Positions 33,433 to 44,973 of a stretch of DNA of 64,000 nucleotides are shown one piece after another. Below the pieces are notes generated by a model. It did not search any database. It worked only from the letters and a program-made list of their open reading frames with translations, and was not told the origin of the DNA. Positions within the stretch are counted from its first letter, which is position 1. Every line of letters starts with the position of its first letter. A program made the translations under genes and the position numbers. This DNA is from Chloropicon primus (taxonomy: Eukaryota), in NCBI GenBank assembly GCA_023205875.1, contig CP060760.1, positions 434,001 to 498,000 of the forward strand, read 5' to 3'.

Positions 33433-36400
33433 ATGGATCCAACAGAACGGAGGAGGTCCTATTTGGGAGACGTGACCGCCTTGGTCGCGTACTCGGCGGC
33501 GAGCGGGGGAGGCTCGAGGCTCTGCATCGGTTCGGGTGGGGTGATCACCACCTGTCATACGGGCACCCTGGAACGGACAAAGGTTCGCGTGTTCGGAAAC
33601 GGGGCCAGGGTTCATGGCGTTGCTGTGTCGGAGGAGGAGGCAGGAGGCGGAGGGGGGAGGTACTTGATAGCACATGGCGAGCAGTACGCCAAAGTGTACC
33701 GATTGGATGCCGGAGAGGAGCTATTTTGCCTGGCTCGTATCGGGCCACTGGCGCACTGGATCATGGACGCCGTGTTTCTGCCTCGCGCGGCGGGGAGTGG
33801 CGCCTTGGTTCGAGTGGCCCTGGGACTCAGCGACAACAGCGTGGTGGTAGTGGACGTCGGGGAGGGATCCGCGGAGACTTGCGGGAAATTCGTGTGCTCG
33901 AGGTCCTACTTGCTGTATTCCATGAAGATCTTCTGCTCCAGGGGGGAAGGACTGGTGTACGCTGCCGCTGGGACGATATTCAACAGCGTCCTCGTCTGGG
34001 TCTTTCCCCTGCCCGGGGCTGGAGGGAGGCAGGACAAGGAGGTGATCTCCTGCTTTCCAAGACTGAATTTTGTGGGGCACCAGGGTTCGATCCTGAAACT
34101 GTGCTGGAGCGGCTCGGGGGACATGCTTGCTTCCTGCTCAGACGATAGAACGGCCAGAGTCTGGAGCTTGGCTTCCCTGAAGATGGATGCCGCGAAACGG
34201 GCAAGCAAAGAGTGCGAGACTCTGGAGGCAGAGAAGGTCATCTACGGCCACGGGAGCCGGCTGTGGGACTGCTTGTTCAGCGGGGATTCCGAGATGCTAG
34301 TCACGGCGAGCGAGGATTGCACTTGCAAGTTCTGGTTATCAAAAGCGCGGAAGTGCGAGACCGACACGTCTGACCTCGTCACGACGCTGTGCGGTCACCA
34401 AGGCCGGGGAGTTTGGAGGATTGCTGCGGCTGGGGGTTATCTCTTCACCGCGGGTGCTGACGGAGCGGTAAAAAGGTGGCTCCTTCAACACTGCTGCAAC
34501 CCATCTGGGATTGCGACAACGAGCCTGCCCTCGATGCACGTCAGGAGCTTTCAGCAAGCTCTGCCGCCCCTGCCACGGGGGCACAAAGACCCTGGCACCG
34601 CTGGTGCGAGCTCCGCGCCGGGGAAGAAGGAAGAGAAATCGGCTAAGGACTGGGTGCGATGCTTGAAGCTCGCCGGTGTGGACACGATGTACGTGGCCAC
34701 GAATCAGGGCATGCTTTACGAGAACTCGGTCCGCTCGTCATCGTGGAGATCCTTGTTTGCCAATCCCAGACGGATGCCCCTGCTGTGCATCGAGGTCATG
34801 CGTCCTAGGGGAGGGCGTGGCGTGCTTTCCGACCATTTCATCTGCGCTGGCGACGTCAATGGCTACTTCACAATGATCGCAGTGAGCAAAACGTGCTGTG
34901 GCCCCTGGCTGGAGTGGAAGGCTCACGAAAAACGGTTGATGGGCATTTTCCTTGGAAGGCAGGATGAGGAGAACCAGGTTTTCTCGACGGATGTCAGCGG
35001 TGAAGTGAAGTGGTGGATCGTGCCATGCAAAGATATGCTCGATGGCAAGGTGAAGCAGGAACCCGCCCTTAAAGCGAAGATGCGGTCTCCTTTCAAGATG
35101 AGGATACTTGGTGTTGACTTTTGCAGAGCAAGCATGTTGGTGATTTGCGGGGACAAAAATGGCAGCATCATGGCTTTCAGGTACCACGGTGGCTCCACGA
35201 GTTCCGAGGAGCCCTTAGACCTGACAATCCTGATGCAGCACAAGCACAACGTCAGTCCTGTAAGCTTTCTTCGCTCCAGGGGGAACGATGAAGTGGTGTC
35301 TGGAGGAGGGGATGGAAAGCTCTACACGTACAAGGTCATCCCTTCTTCGCGCAAGGAAGGCGAGCCAGGCCACGAGGCGCTTTGTCAAGTTGGCATTCAC
35401 ATTGAGAAGCGCATTGCGGCGATAGAAGAGCAAGTGGAGATGGGAGACGGCGCGACATACATTGGGGGCTTTCAATCGAGCGACTTTCTTGTTTGGAACG
35501 TTACGGAGAACTGCGAAGTGATTAAAATCAGTTGTGGTGGCTGGAAAAGGCCGCACTCTCTTTACATGGGAGAAGAGGGGGCTTCTTTTGCGCACGTCAG
35601 GGATCACGTCATTCACGTGCAGCAGCTTGAGCCGAGAGACAAGTCTGCCCAAGTGCTGCACTCTGCGTTCTCGAATGCTTTGACCCCGAGCTTCCATGGC
35701 CAGGAGATTCACAGCACCATCATCGTCCCAACGAGATGCCTGGGCAAAGGGGACGGCGCACCGCCGTGTCTCGTGATTACTGGAGCAGAGGATGGCTACG
35801 TTAGATACTCTGAGTGGGAGCCAGATTGCGCGACCGCGGGCCACTTCAAGTTGTGTGCCTCCGGCATAATCGGAGAGTGTGTTGCTGGTGCCCAGGTGAG
35901 ATCCCTTTCGTACAGCGGGCACAAGGAGGCGCAGGGCGCGTATGTGACGGCTGTTGGAGCAAAAGAAGTGGTCATGGTTTGGAAGATCGTGTACAATAGC
36001 AGCAGTGAGGAGGAAGGGTGCTTGCAGTGCGAGTTGATTTCCACGAAGGAACCGAAGGGTGGACTGAGACCCAAAATGAAGAAAGTCTCGGCCAAAGATC
36101 AGGTGACGGACCTGAGGCACTTGGCCGTCGACACTTTTGTGTACAAGGTCGATGGCAGCACAGACGTGATTTTCATGCTGGTGTCCTCCGCAGACGCCTC
36201 AGTCAAAGTCACTGCTCTTCAGGTGGATAGGAGGACTGGCTCCACGAAGTGGCACAACAAGGTTTGTGACCTCGTCAACGGAAGCAGGAACCCGACCTTG
36301 AGCATCAGATGGAAGGAGATAGAGAGCCTCGGCACATCTGTGGCCTTTACGGGATCCACGGACGGAGCCATCTGCTGCTGGGACACATCGATGGCTATCA

Positions 36401-36942
36401 ATTCGTTCAAAAACGCTTTGGCCAAGGGGGAGGACCACCAGTGCATCGAAATTTCACCTCTCAAAAAGTTTCAGGGCGTCCATGCGTCCGGAGTCAACTC
36501 CCTGGCCCTGAAGGTCAGCGCTTCGGAAGGGTTGGGCCAGCTGCAAGCACGCGTCGTGTCGGGTGGGGACGACCAAGCCCTCCACGCCAAGGAGGTACGT
36601 TTTCGAGTGCTGGATGGGTCGTCAGGAGGCGTGGCAATGACGAGTGACCGGGGTGCCCACGTCGCAAACTCCCACTACTCGGCGCTCAGGAGCGTCTGGA
36701 CAGATGGAACCTTCGTTTTGAGCACTGGACTTGATCAGCGGTTGAATATTTCGCGGCTTTTCGATGACGAGAAACAGGTCCTCCGCCTCGAGCTTCTGAG
36801 TCGCATGGCGGTGGAAGCAGGAGAGACCGAAGCCCTCAGTGCCTTCATGGACGAGGATCTGTGCTACGTCGCCCTTGCCGGCCGTGGCCTCAGCATCATG
36901 CAAGTCGCCTTGAGTTCGCGAGGCCCCCCAAAAAACCTGTAA
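33433..36942 (+). CDS. WDR6: WD repeat protein WDR6/Trm734-like (tRNA 2'-O-methylation cofactor)
   Basis: LLYSM...AAGTIFNSVLVW, GHQGSI, SCSDDRTARVW, YGHGSRLWD, CGGWKRPHS, FHGQEIH, HASGVNSL, SGGDDQ, STGLDQRL. Confidence 0.85.
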   Translation: MDPTERRRSYLGDVTALVAYSAASGGGSRLCIGSGGVITTCHTGTLERTKVRVFGNGARVHGVAVSEEEAGGGGGRYLIAHGEQYAKVYRLDAGEELFCLARIGPLAHWIMDAVFLPRAAGSGALVRVALGLSDNSVVVVDVGEGSAETCGKFVCSRSYLLYSMKIFCSRGEGLVYAAAGTIFNSVLVWVFPLPGAGGRQDKEVISCFPRLNFVGHQGSILKLCWSGSGDMLASCSDDRTARVWSLASLKMDAAKRASKECETLEAEKVIYGHGSRLWDCLFSGDSEMLVTASEDCTCKFWLSKARKCETDTSDLVTTLCGHQGRGVWRIAAAGGYLFTAGADGAVKRWLLQHCCNPSGIATTSLPSMHVRSFQQALPPLPRGHKDPGTAGASSAPGKKEEKSAKDWVRCLKLAGVDTMYVATNQGMLYENSVRSSSWRSLFANPRRMPLLCIEVMRPRGGRGVLSDHFICAGDVNGYFTMIAVSKTCCGPWLEWKAHEKRLMGIFLGRQDEENQVFSTDVSGEVKWWIVPCKDMLDGKVKQEPALKAKMRSPFKMRILGVDFCRASMLVICGDKNGSIMAFRYHGGSTSSEEPLDLTILMQHKHNVSPVSFLRSRGNDEVVSGGGDGKLYTYKVIPSSRKEGEPGHEALCQVGIHIEKRIAAIEEQVEMGDGATYIGGFQSSDFLVWNVTENCEVIKISCGGWKRPHSLYMGEEGASFAHVRDHVIHVQQLEPRDKSAQVLHSAFSNALTPSFHGQEIHSTIIVPTRCLGKGDGAPPCLVITGAEDGYVRYSEWEPDCATAGHFKLCASGIIGECVAGAQVRSLSYSGHKEAQGAYVTAVGAKEVVMVWKIVYNSSSEEEGCLQCELISTKEPKGGLRPKMKKVSAKDQVTDLRHLAVDTFVYKVDGSTDVIFMLVSSADASVKVTALQVDRRTGSTKWHNKVCDLVNGSRNPTLSIRWKEIESLGTSVAFTGSTDGAICCWDTSMAINSFKNALAKGEDHQCIEISPLKKFQGVHASGVNSLALKVSASEGLGQLQARVVSGGDDQALHAKEVRFRVLDGSSGGVAMTSDRGAHVANSHYSALRSVWTDGTFVLSTGLDQRLNISRLFDDEKQVLRLELLSRMAVEAGETEALSAFMDEDLCYVALAGRGLSIMQVALSSRGPPKNL

Positions 36943-37298
36943 TATGCAACTGTAACTTCTTCTCCGTCCTCCCTCACTCCAATCGAATCGAATTCTCCAA
37001 TTAGGTTTCTCGGCACTACACCGAGGAGGGAGACGGAGAAGCGAAGCCGCAAGGGAGACCTACAATTTCTTGTTGACCCCCATTGATTGGACCCCGCATT
37101 GCTGCCCCATTGTTCTTCTCTCGGGAGGTCACTCTCCTTTGATGCGGGTTGTTTCCAGCAAACACAAGATGTCCAAACCTTGTCCAGCAAAGTTAAGTCT
37201 GTGTGAGTAGGTCTTACCAGTGACGAAGTGATACGTGTGTCACGCCAAGTGCCAGGCCCTGCGGGTCTTCGAGAACTGGAGCTTGTTCTGGTATCGTC

Positions 37299-39687
37299 AT
37301 GCTGAGCCTATCTTTGGGAGACTTGCTGGTCTTTCCGGTCTTCAAGACCGGAAAGAACTCCATGACCAAGACCAAAAAGCGTTTGCTTTGCTTTGACGTG
37401 GAGGAGAAAGTTCTGATTAAGAAGGAGAGGAACAAAGTCATGTCCGTCTCTCCCTTTACGAGCATACTGTCGTACCACGCGGACAGCGAGAACTGCACCA
37501 TCACCGTAGAATTCGTCAAGCAGGCTCGAAACGGCATGGAGACAAGGTAAGCTTTTGGTTTGAGCAGCAGCATGAGACACAAACACACACACACACAGCA
37601 AGGATGGGTGTGAGTCCTCGCCCAAGGTGGCGCCTTGGAGGCTGTGGATTGTCCTTTGGGCCGCATTGCTGCCTCGGAGCACCTCGCTGACCTCACCTTT
37701 CACACACACACACACACTCTCTCTCTCTCTCTCTCCCTGGTCTTGTCCTTTGGTGTGTACGCACAGAAAAAGCATCTTCATTGCCCAGAACCGGTACGAG
37801 AAGAACGTCCTCGTTGCAGTCCTTCACTCCATCATACACAACGATTGGACGTATGTGAACGCGATGTGCGAGATCCCGTTGGAGTCCTTGAACAAGCCTC
37901 CCCCTGGCTTGAGCACGAGAATCGTTGGCCGGGGCCACCTCATGATGAGGGGAAGCAAGAGCAACTTCGACACCGTGCTCATAACGGTGGTGTGGGGGAA
38001 GCTCTTCGTGCAGAGCTCCAAGACGAGGATGCTCAAGGGGGATGGGACGGATGGGAACATTCATCATCCAGAGAGGGTCTTCTCCCTCGTCAACGGGAGC
38101 CTTGCCGTGGACGTGGACGGCTCTGGCAGGATAGACGTCGTGACGCCGACGCACCGCTTGCAGTTCCTCGTGGAACTGAACTCGGAACTGAGTCACGACA
38201 AGTGGCTCAAGGTCCTTGCCAACTCCATAGCCATTTACGACACGGACAACAAGTACTTCATCGACTTCGGAGAGATGGTGAAGAGGGAGACGAGGGGCAA
38301 GGGCAAGGGCAAGGAGAATCCCCGAGCGTCGTTGTCGTCGAGTGGGGTGAGGAACGGCACCGGCGCCGCCGCGGGGACGAGTTCCCCGGCGGGAAAGCTC
38401 CAGGATGGCCCAACTGCACCGAGCCCCTCGCCGAGCGGCAGGAGCAGGACGGATACCATCCCTTGCGTCAGGGGGAGTGCGAACACTGAGATCATGCTCG
38501 CCAAGCACTTCCTCCTGAACTTTACTGTGGCCTTGCTCCCGCCCAAGGACTCGAAGGTAAACATCAGCGCCAAGGAGAAGAACGCGATCGGTCAGTACAG
38601 GGCCGTGCTGCACCTGGACAACCTGAGGAAGTCCTTGGAGATCGTGATCAAGGGAACGTGCGTGCTGTCCTTCAAGATGCGAAGCATAGAAAAGTACGAG
38701 AGCTCCGAGGAGGACTGCGACGGGGCGTACCCCTCGCTGGCGATCCACTACAAGCTCCCCACGGAGAACCTCTCGAAGAGGAACGTGATCGTGATGTACT
38801 TTCAGGCCAGGCACGAGCTGGAAGTCTGTGAGATTCTGCTGCACAACACCCTGGGGGGCTCGCCGCCCAAGCAGCTCAACCTGCAGAGGTCGATCCTGAA
38901 GCAGGGCAACCTGCAGAAGAAGGGCAAGAGCGGGATCTACGGCCAGAGGTACGGGGTGCTGATGCCGAACAAGCTCTTGCTTCTGAGGAGCAAGACGGCG
39001 TACATCCCTCTCCAGGTGGTCACCTTTGGGAACAGCATGAGGGAGTGGGCGATCGCCGTGGACGACCAGGACAAGTCGGTGGTGAACATGACTCCCACCA
39101 TCGTGGGCCAGGACTACGCTGCCGCCCTCGAGGAGCACATCAGCAGCCTGATGAACCACGTGATCAACCTCAAGTTCCAAGACCCTGAGGAAGCGCAGAA
39201 TTGGTACGACCACATCCGGAAGCTGTCCAAGTCACCCGGCAGCCCTTTCGGCGGAGGCGGCGAAAGGGCCAAGACAACAACGAGGAGCAAGGTGGAGGAG
39301 GCTGAGGAGGAGGAGGAGGAAGAGGAGGAAGAGGAGGAAGAGGCTGAGGAGGAAGAAGAGGAAGAGGAAGAGGAAGAGGAAGAGGAAGAGGAGGAGGGGC
39401 CTGCCTCGCCCTCCGAGGAGCCCAAGCGCCCCTCGGTCTCAGAATCGGTGGCCAAGTTCCTCAACCTCTCGCCGGAACTCGAGGAGGAGCGGGGGAGGGA
39501 AGAGGAGCAAGAGATGGGAGATGTGGAGGGGCTCGGGGAGGAGGGGCTCGGGGAGGAGGGGCTCGGGGAGGAGGGCGCTGGTCATCGGATGATGACCCTG
39601 GCGGGCGATGGGGAGAACACCGTCCAGACCGCTTTCAGATTCTGGGGAGTGAAGAAGAAGAGGAACGACAGTGAAGGAGGAGAATAA
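37299..39687 (+). CDS. Multi-PH-like-domain protein with acidic tail, at least 2 exons (37299-37546, 37767-39687); start uncertain
   Basis: A GTAAGC...CACAG intron at 37547-37766 keeps the frame. PH-like segments include ILKQGNLQKKGKSGIYGQRYGVL...EEAQNWYDHIRK and HDKWLKVL. Poly-Glu tract near the C-terminus. Confidence 0.65.
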
Positions 39688-39859
39688 TCCTGGCTTGCCG
39701 TGCGGGCGTGTGTGTAGATATATAGGAAGAAGAAGACTTTTTGCTAAAGCTGGACTTCCGCACTATTATTATTTCGTGCCTTGCTCTTGTTTGTTTTTAT
39801 AAAGGGAAAAAGAATGATGAGCTTGAGCTTGGATCCGTCCGTCTCGTTCGACCTAACCC

Positions 39860-40345
39860 CTAACCGGTGATGTAAGCCTGCGCGGCCTGCGCGAAGGGTC
39901 CCTGGAACCCAAAGTTAGGAACGTTGAAGGCCGGGACGCCGAAGGATGGGATCCCGCCGACGGTTCCGAAGGTCGGGATGCCGAAGGAGCCCGCGATCGC
40001 CTCCTCGGTCATCAGGACGCCCTCACCGGGGTACCATTGGGAGGCGATGGCCTCGTAGTACCTCGTGACCTCTCCGAGCCAAGCCCCGTACGCGGTGGCC
40101 GAGAACACGCCGCTGGGAAAGATCGCTTCGTAGTTGAACACGGGGAACTCCATCGGCATGGTCGACGGGGCCGACGCCGCGTTGGCGTCCGTCGTGGTGG
40201 CGTTCGTCGCGGTGGCGTTCATCGTGGCGTTCATCATCGCCGTCTCTGGAACCGCGTCGAGGGCGAGCTCGCCCTGCTGAGCGGAGACCACCCCAGCAAA
40301 GCAGACCATCGCGATCGCGAGGGCAGCAGCAAAAGTAACCTTCAT
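39860..40345 (-). CDS. Small secreted protein of unknown function (161 aa)
   Basis: Signal peptide MKVTFAAALAIAMVCFAGVVSA, three NAT sequons, xPxF repeats, strong GC3 codon bias. Confidence 0.8.
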   Translation of the reverse strand: MKVTFAAALAIAMVCFAGVVSAQQGELALDAVPETAMMNATMNATATNATTTDANAASAPSTMPMEFPVFNYEAIFPSGVFSATAYGAWLGEVTRYYEAIASQWYPGEGVLMTEEAIAGSFGIPTFGTVGGIPSFGVPAFNVPNFGFQGPFAQAAQAYITG

Positions 40346-40895
40346 CGTTGGTTGCGGTTGTGGTTGATCGTGTTCTTCAAGGCGTGGTGGGCGCCGAGGG
40401 TCTGTGTTTTTCTGAGGAGGTTGTTCCTGTTCCTTTGTTTTTGGCCGAACGATCGCGATCGATCGCTAGCGCCGCCCCACCGATCATGAGCTCATGAGTA
40501 GAAAACAAACGTTACATCTTTTCCCGCTTTTTTTGGTTCGTCTCCGCCAGAGATCTTTTGTTTTTCTGTTTGTTTTTTCAAATGATTACAACAGATTGAG
40601 GGGGGAGAGGTCATCGATCGATCGCGCCGCCCGCAACATCATAAACACGAGCACATCGGCGCCCAAGCACGAAAAGGTGAGGACCCGATCGATTCGATCG
40701 AACCCTCCGATCGATCCCTTCGATCGATCCCTCGCCTCCGTCCCCCCTAGGCAGGTCAGGGGTCGACGGTCGATCGATCGATCGATCGCTTCCACGTATC
40801 CTTGCGTCGTGCGGCCAACAACCCCTCTTTGCTGACTTTTGACCTAACCGAACTCCAACCATCCAGAACTCCAACAACAAAAACAACAAGGAAAA

Positions 40896-41183
40896 ATGTT
40901 CTCCAGGATCACCACCTTCCTCGTGGCGCTCGTCGCCGTCCTCTCCGTGGCCAACGCGTCCAGGACCCTGCTCCAGGACCAGGCCGCCACCGGCGCGATG
41001 CCCACCATCCCCACCTGGTACCCTGGCTTCGGAGCCCAGTTCCTGAACCCTCAGGCCTGGACCAACTTCTACTCCCAGGCGATCCCTTACGACATCTACG
41101 CCAACTGGGTCAACACGAACACGGGGTTCAACATCCCTGTGATCACCGGGCTCCCAGGCCTGCCACCTACCGGATCCACCTAA
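40896..41183 (+). CDS. Small secreted protein of unknown function (95 aa)
   Basis: Signal peptide MFSRITTFLVALVAVLSVANA followed by SRTLLQ. AAAA-ATG context and strong C-ending codon bias. Confidence 0.8.
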   Translation: MFSRITTFLVALVAVLSVANASRTLLQDQAATGAMPTIPTWYPGFGAQFLNPQAWTNFYSQAIPYDIYANWVNTNTGFNIPVITGLPGLPPTGST

Positions 41184-41410
41184 GGTGAAGAAGAAGATCG
41201 AGGGTCTGTCTTCCCCGTGCATGCCGCGCCTTGAGCGACCAACGAGCAGGCGGCGAGAAAAGGATCGGACTTTTTTTTTTGACGATCCAAAATCAATTCT
41301 AAAAATTTTTTTTTAGTACAGGAATTCTTTCTGTTAAACCGAAACCGCCTCTCTCTCTCTCTCTCTCCCCCCACACACACCACACACACCAACGCACAAC
41401 CACCAACGCA

Positions 41411-42559
41411 TCAGCTAGGGGGGAGGGAGGAGGAGGAGACCGTCTTCTTTCGCAGCTTTCCCGGCGGATGGTGCGGGTCGGTCCCCTCCTCCTTTCCCCC
41501 TCCTCCTCCGGCGGCCGGCGCCAGGGCGCCCTTGAGCGCCCCCCTGCCCTGCAAGATCTGGAAGGAACACAGGAGGTCCTCGTTCACCGAAAGCACGGCG
41601 CCCGAGTTGTCGAACTCCCCCATGTAGTTCGGCGCGGAGAAGACCGTGACCATCTTCCTCTTGGCGAAGAACTCGTAGCCCTTGGGTACGACCTGGTGGG
41701 CACGGACGACAAGATCCATCCCGTGCCTCTCCATGAAGTTGTCCACGACCTTCTTGCCGAAGATGTAGCTCACCCCCCGGTCCGACTCGGCCCACGACAC
41801 CACGTCGTTCGAGGGGTCGGCCCAAAGAAAGTCGCACAGCATCCCGTAGTCCGGGACCTCGCAGGGCCTCTTGATGGACTCGATCTGCTTCATGCTCCTG
41901 AGCTCGGGGGACAGGCCGCCGTGGATGCAAAAGATCTTCCCGCCGACGATCGCCGCGAACGGCAGGGCGTTGAACACCTCCGTGAAAGTCTTGAAGAGCT
42001 TGGCCCCAGTCCCGTACTTTTGCTTGATCTCGTCGTGGAACCCGTAGATCCGAGAGATGCCCGAGCACTCGTGGTTCCCCCTGATCATGAAGAACTTGGA
42101 CGGGTACTTGAGCTTGTAGCACAGCAGCAGCAGGAGGACCTCGAGCCCGCAGTCGCCCCTGTCCACGTAGTCCCCCAGGAACAGGTAGTCGGACTCGGGG
42201 GGGTACCCGTTGTACTGGAAGATCCGGAGCAGGTCCTCGTACTGGCCGTGGATGTCGCCGACGATTCGCATGGGGGACCGGATCCTGAGCAGGGACGGCT
42301 GCTTCAGGAACAGCTTGACCGCGGACTCGCAGATGGCCTTCACCTCCTTGGTGCTGATGAGGTTCTTCCTGGACTCGAGGCGCTTGAAGAAGCTCGTGGG
42401 GCTCGCCACGGGCGTCTCCGCCTTCTTCTTGTAGTTCAAAAGCCTGTCGATGACCGAGTCGAGGTCCGCCTCGCACTCGCACTCCGCCTCCTCCACGATG
42501 TTGGACGTCTCGGTGCCCCCCTCTTCCCCCTCCACGACGCCTTCCCCCTCCGGCAGCAT
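41411..42559 (-). CDS. Serine/threonine protein phosphatase PP1-type catalytic subunit
   Basis: GDIHGQY, GDYVDRG, RGNHE, HGGLSP, DRGVSY.FG, RAHQVV, FSAPNY.GEFDN. The frame stays open to 43111, so the start may lie further upstream. Confidence 0.93.
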   Translation of the reverse strand: MLPEGEGVVEGEEGGTETSNIVEEAECECEADLDSVIDRLLNYKKKAETPVASPTSFFKRLESRKNLISTKEVKAICESAVKLFLKQPSLLRIRSPMRIVGDIHGQYEDLLRIFQYNGYPPESDYLFLGDYVDRGDCGLEVLLLLLCYKLKYPSKFFMIRGNHECSGISRIYGFHDEIKQKYGTGAKLFKTFTEVFNALPFAAIVGGKIFCIHGGLSPELRSMKQIESIKRPCEVPDYGMLCDFLWADPSNDVVSWAESDRGVSYIFGKKVVDNFMERHGMDLVVRAHQVVPKGYEFFAKRKMVTVFSAPNYMGEFDNSGAVLSVNEDLLCSFQILQGRGALKGALAPAAGGGGGKEEGTDPHHPPGKLRKKTVSSSSLPPS

Positions 42560-43127
42560 CTCCCCTCCTCCTCCTTGTCTTGTCCCTAGCCCCCGAGGCG
42601 TTACGGGCGTTATGACCCCTGCTTCGCTCGCGGGGAGACCAGGGAGGGAGCTCGCGCGCGACGTCCGTCCACCGAACGTCAAAAAGAGGCCGCTCCAGTC
42701 CTCCTCCCGTCTCTCCTCCTCACCCTTGTTGTTGTTGTGATGAGCAAGACGCGGCCGTGTCGTCACATCACAGGCAAGCAAGTTTGCCCTCTCGTTCACC
42801 TCGGCCCTGCGGGAAATGGTCGCCAGGTTCAGCTGAGAGAGGGCAAAGGCAGGAACATTCATTGTGGGTGGTTCGGAAGGGAGGTGGTAGGGATGGGGGC
42901 AGGGACAACTAGACGTTTCGACAGGTCCGATTTTCACGTCGCGCGCGCGCGCACGTGTGTGTGTGTGCGTGTTTGTGTGTTTTACATCTGCGCCGAGGCA
43001 AAAATAATTTAGTGGGGCCAAGCCCTGGGACCCCATACTCCAGGTAACGGGCAGAGATACTCCGCCTTCGCCTCCGCTGTCGCCGTTTCGTCCGTTTCTC
43101 GCACCCAGCAACCCAGTCCTTCGCTCT

Positions 43128-44219
43128 TCAAAAGTCCTTTGGAGGCTTGGGGAGCTGGCCCCCGGTCTTCAGGGCGTCGAGCCTCTGGGAGAGCTCGTCC
43201 ATCCCGCCGTCGGCGGCGCTGCTTCCGCTGGCGGCCGCCGAGCTCGCTGGCGGGTCGACGACGTCCACCACCCTCACGCTCAGGTTCAGGTTGAGCGGGG
43301 AGGGCGTGTCGGGAAGGTCCGGCACCCCGTCCGCGTCGTCGGAGGCCTCGCCCTTGGCCGACTTGAGGACCGGGGCGCTGGGGGGCGAGGGGTCATCCTC
43401 ATCCAGGGGAGGGGGCGTGGCGGCCTTCCCCGCCTGGACCGGCGCCACGGGGGCGTCCCCCGGGTGGACCGGCGTGCCCACCGCGATGTTGTCGTGCGGG
43501 GACGCCGGGGGCTCGTCCGGCTGCCCCGCCTCGTCCGTGAAGTGCACGGTGGGGTACTGCGGGTCCACGCCGGGGTACTTGATCTGGCCGCCGCCCGAGC
43601 CTCCCCTCCCGCTGCCGTCCGCGGGGGCGTCGTCGTCGTCCTCCACCGCGGGGCCCGTCACCACCTCCCAGTCCACGTTGTGGTCCAGGGCGATCTCGGA
43701 GAGGAGGGCGACCTTCTTTTTCGGGTCCGGCACCCTAATGGCCAGGGCGTCCACGAGCCTGGGGTTGACCTTCTCGTTCAAGCACGTCTCGTCGCTCTGG
43801 GCCCTCTGCACGTACTCCTTGCCATACTTGGCCTGGAGCTGGGTCTTCACCGCCTGGAGCTCCGGGAGCTGGGCGCTGCACCGGTTGGCGGCGTACACGA
43901 CGCTCGCCACGCTCTCCTGCATGTCCTCCGGCAGGCCCTTGCTCATCTTCATCAGCTCCACCCTCACGCTCAGAAGCTCGCAGTACAGCTCCAATATCTC
44001 AAACGCCAGCACGGTGCTCTCCTCCTGGATCAAGGCCTCCACCCTTATCCTCGCGGAGTCCTCCTTCCCCGTCGCCAGCAGCGTCGCGATGTCCTTCCTC
44101 TGGGCCCTCGTCGTGATCGCCTTCTTGTTCTGCAGCAGCCTGATCCTCGACACGCACAGCCTCAGCTGCGTCTTGCACTTGTTCGGGTCGAAGCCCCCGC
44201 CGAACAGGGACTGGAACAT
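43128..44219 (-). CDS. IST1: IST1-like ESCRT-III-associated regulator of Vps4
   Basis: [46 protein letters not shown], Pro-rich linker, and a MIM-like [11 protein letters not shown]. Confidence 0.92.
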   Translation of the reverse strand: MFQSLFGGGFDPNKCKTQLRLCVSRIRLLQNKKAITTRAQRKDIATLLATGKEDSARIRVEALIQEESTVLAFEILELYCELLSVRVELMKMSKGLPEDMQESVASVVYAANRCSAQLPELQAVKTQLQAKYGKEYVQRAQSDETCLNEKVNPRLVDALAIRVPDPKKKVALLSEIALDHNVDWEVVTGPAVEDDDDAPADGSGRGGSGGGQIKYPGVDPQYPTVHFTDEAGQPDEPPASPHDNIAVGTPVHPGDAPVAPVQAGKAATPPPLDEDDPSPPSAPVLKSAKGEASDDADGVPDLPDTPSPLNLNLSVRVVDVVDPPASSAAASGSSAADGGMDELSQRLDALKTGGQLPKPPKDF

Positions 44220-44816
44220 CTCTCCTGCTTCTCGTTCTTCCGCTTCTGCTCTATGCTATGACGACGACGGTGGTGGTGATGATGTTGTTGTTGATGATGA
44301 TGATGATGATGATGTTTCTCTCAATCAAACAATCAATCGAAACAAACCAAACCAAAGGCAATCCCGTTTTCCAAAGTGATCGATCAAGGAACGGGCCAGC
44401 TTCTGGTGTCGTCCCAACCACCGTATCCAACAACAGAAAACAGAATCCTCTCTCTCAATCCAACCACGGGGGAAGCTGATGAGGGGAAGGAAGGACAAGG
44501 ACTCCAGTTCCAATTTTCCAAGGCAATCCAATCCACTCCACAAAAAAAAAAATCGATCAAGACAAGACGGAGACCACACGCTCGCCTCAAGAGTACTCGT
44601 AGGACAAGACCTTCTCCCTTCTGCCGTCCTCGTTGTCCTCGTCCTCGTCCTCGTCTCTCTGTCTGTCGATTCTCCGATCTTTTTCGTCTCCAAAAAAGAG
44701 GTCTAGTTTGAGGTGTAAAGCGCTGTGCTCGCTGATGTGGTCCGAGGTCGTTTCGTGCGTTACAGCAGTCCTCGGCGGTTACAGAAAGAAAAACACAAGA
44801 ACGACGACGACGACGA

Positions 44817-44857
44817 CGAGGAACGAGGAACGAGGAACGAGGAACGAGGAACGAGGA
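44817..44857. repeat. (CGAGGAA)n heptanucleotide microsatellite, ~5.9 copies
   Basis: Read directly from the sequence. Confidence 0.9.
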
Positions 44858-44973
44858 GTGGTGAAGGACGTGCGGCTTTTGTGTCTGGTCTCTGAAGGCT
44901 TGCCTTGGTTTTTGGTTTTGTTTGTTTGTGTTTTGTTGATTGTTGATTGTTGAGGATGAGGATGAGGATGAGG

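Noticed and set aside
42560..43111. 184-aa N-terminal extension of the PP1 ORF
   Set aside because: It contains (CA)n/(GC)n microsatellite-derived sequence and overlaps the likely IST1 3' UTR, so it cannot be supported as coding without transcripts.
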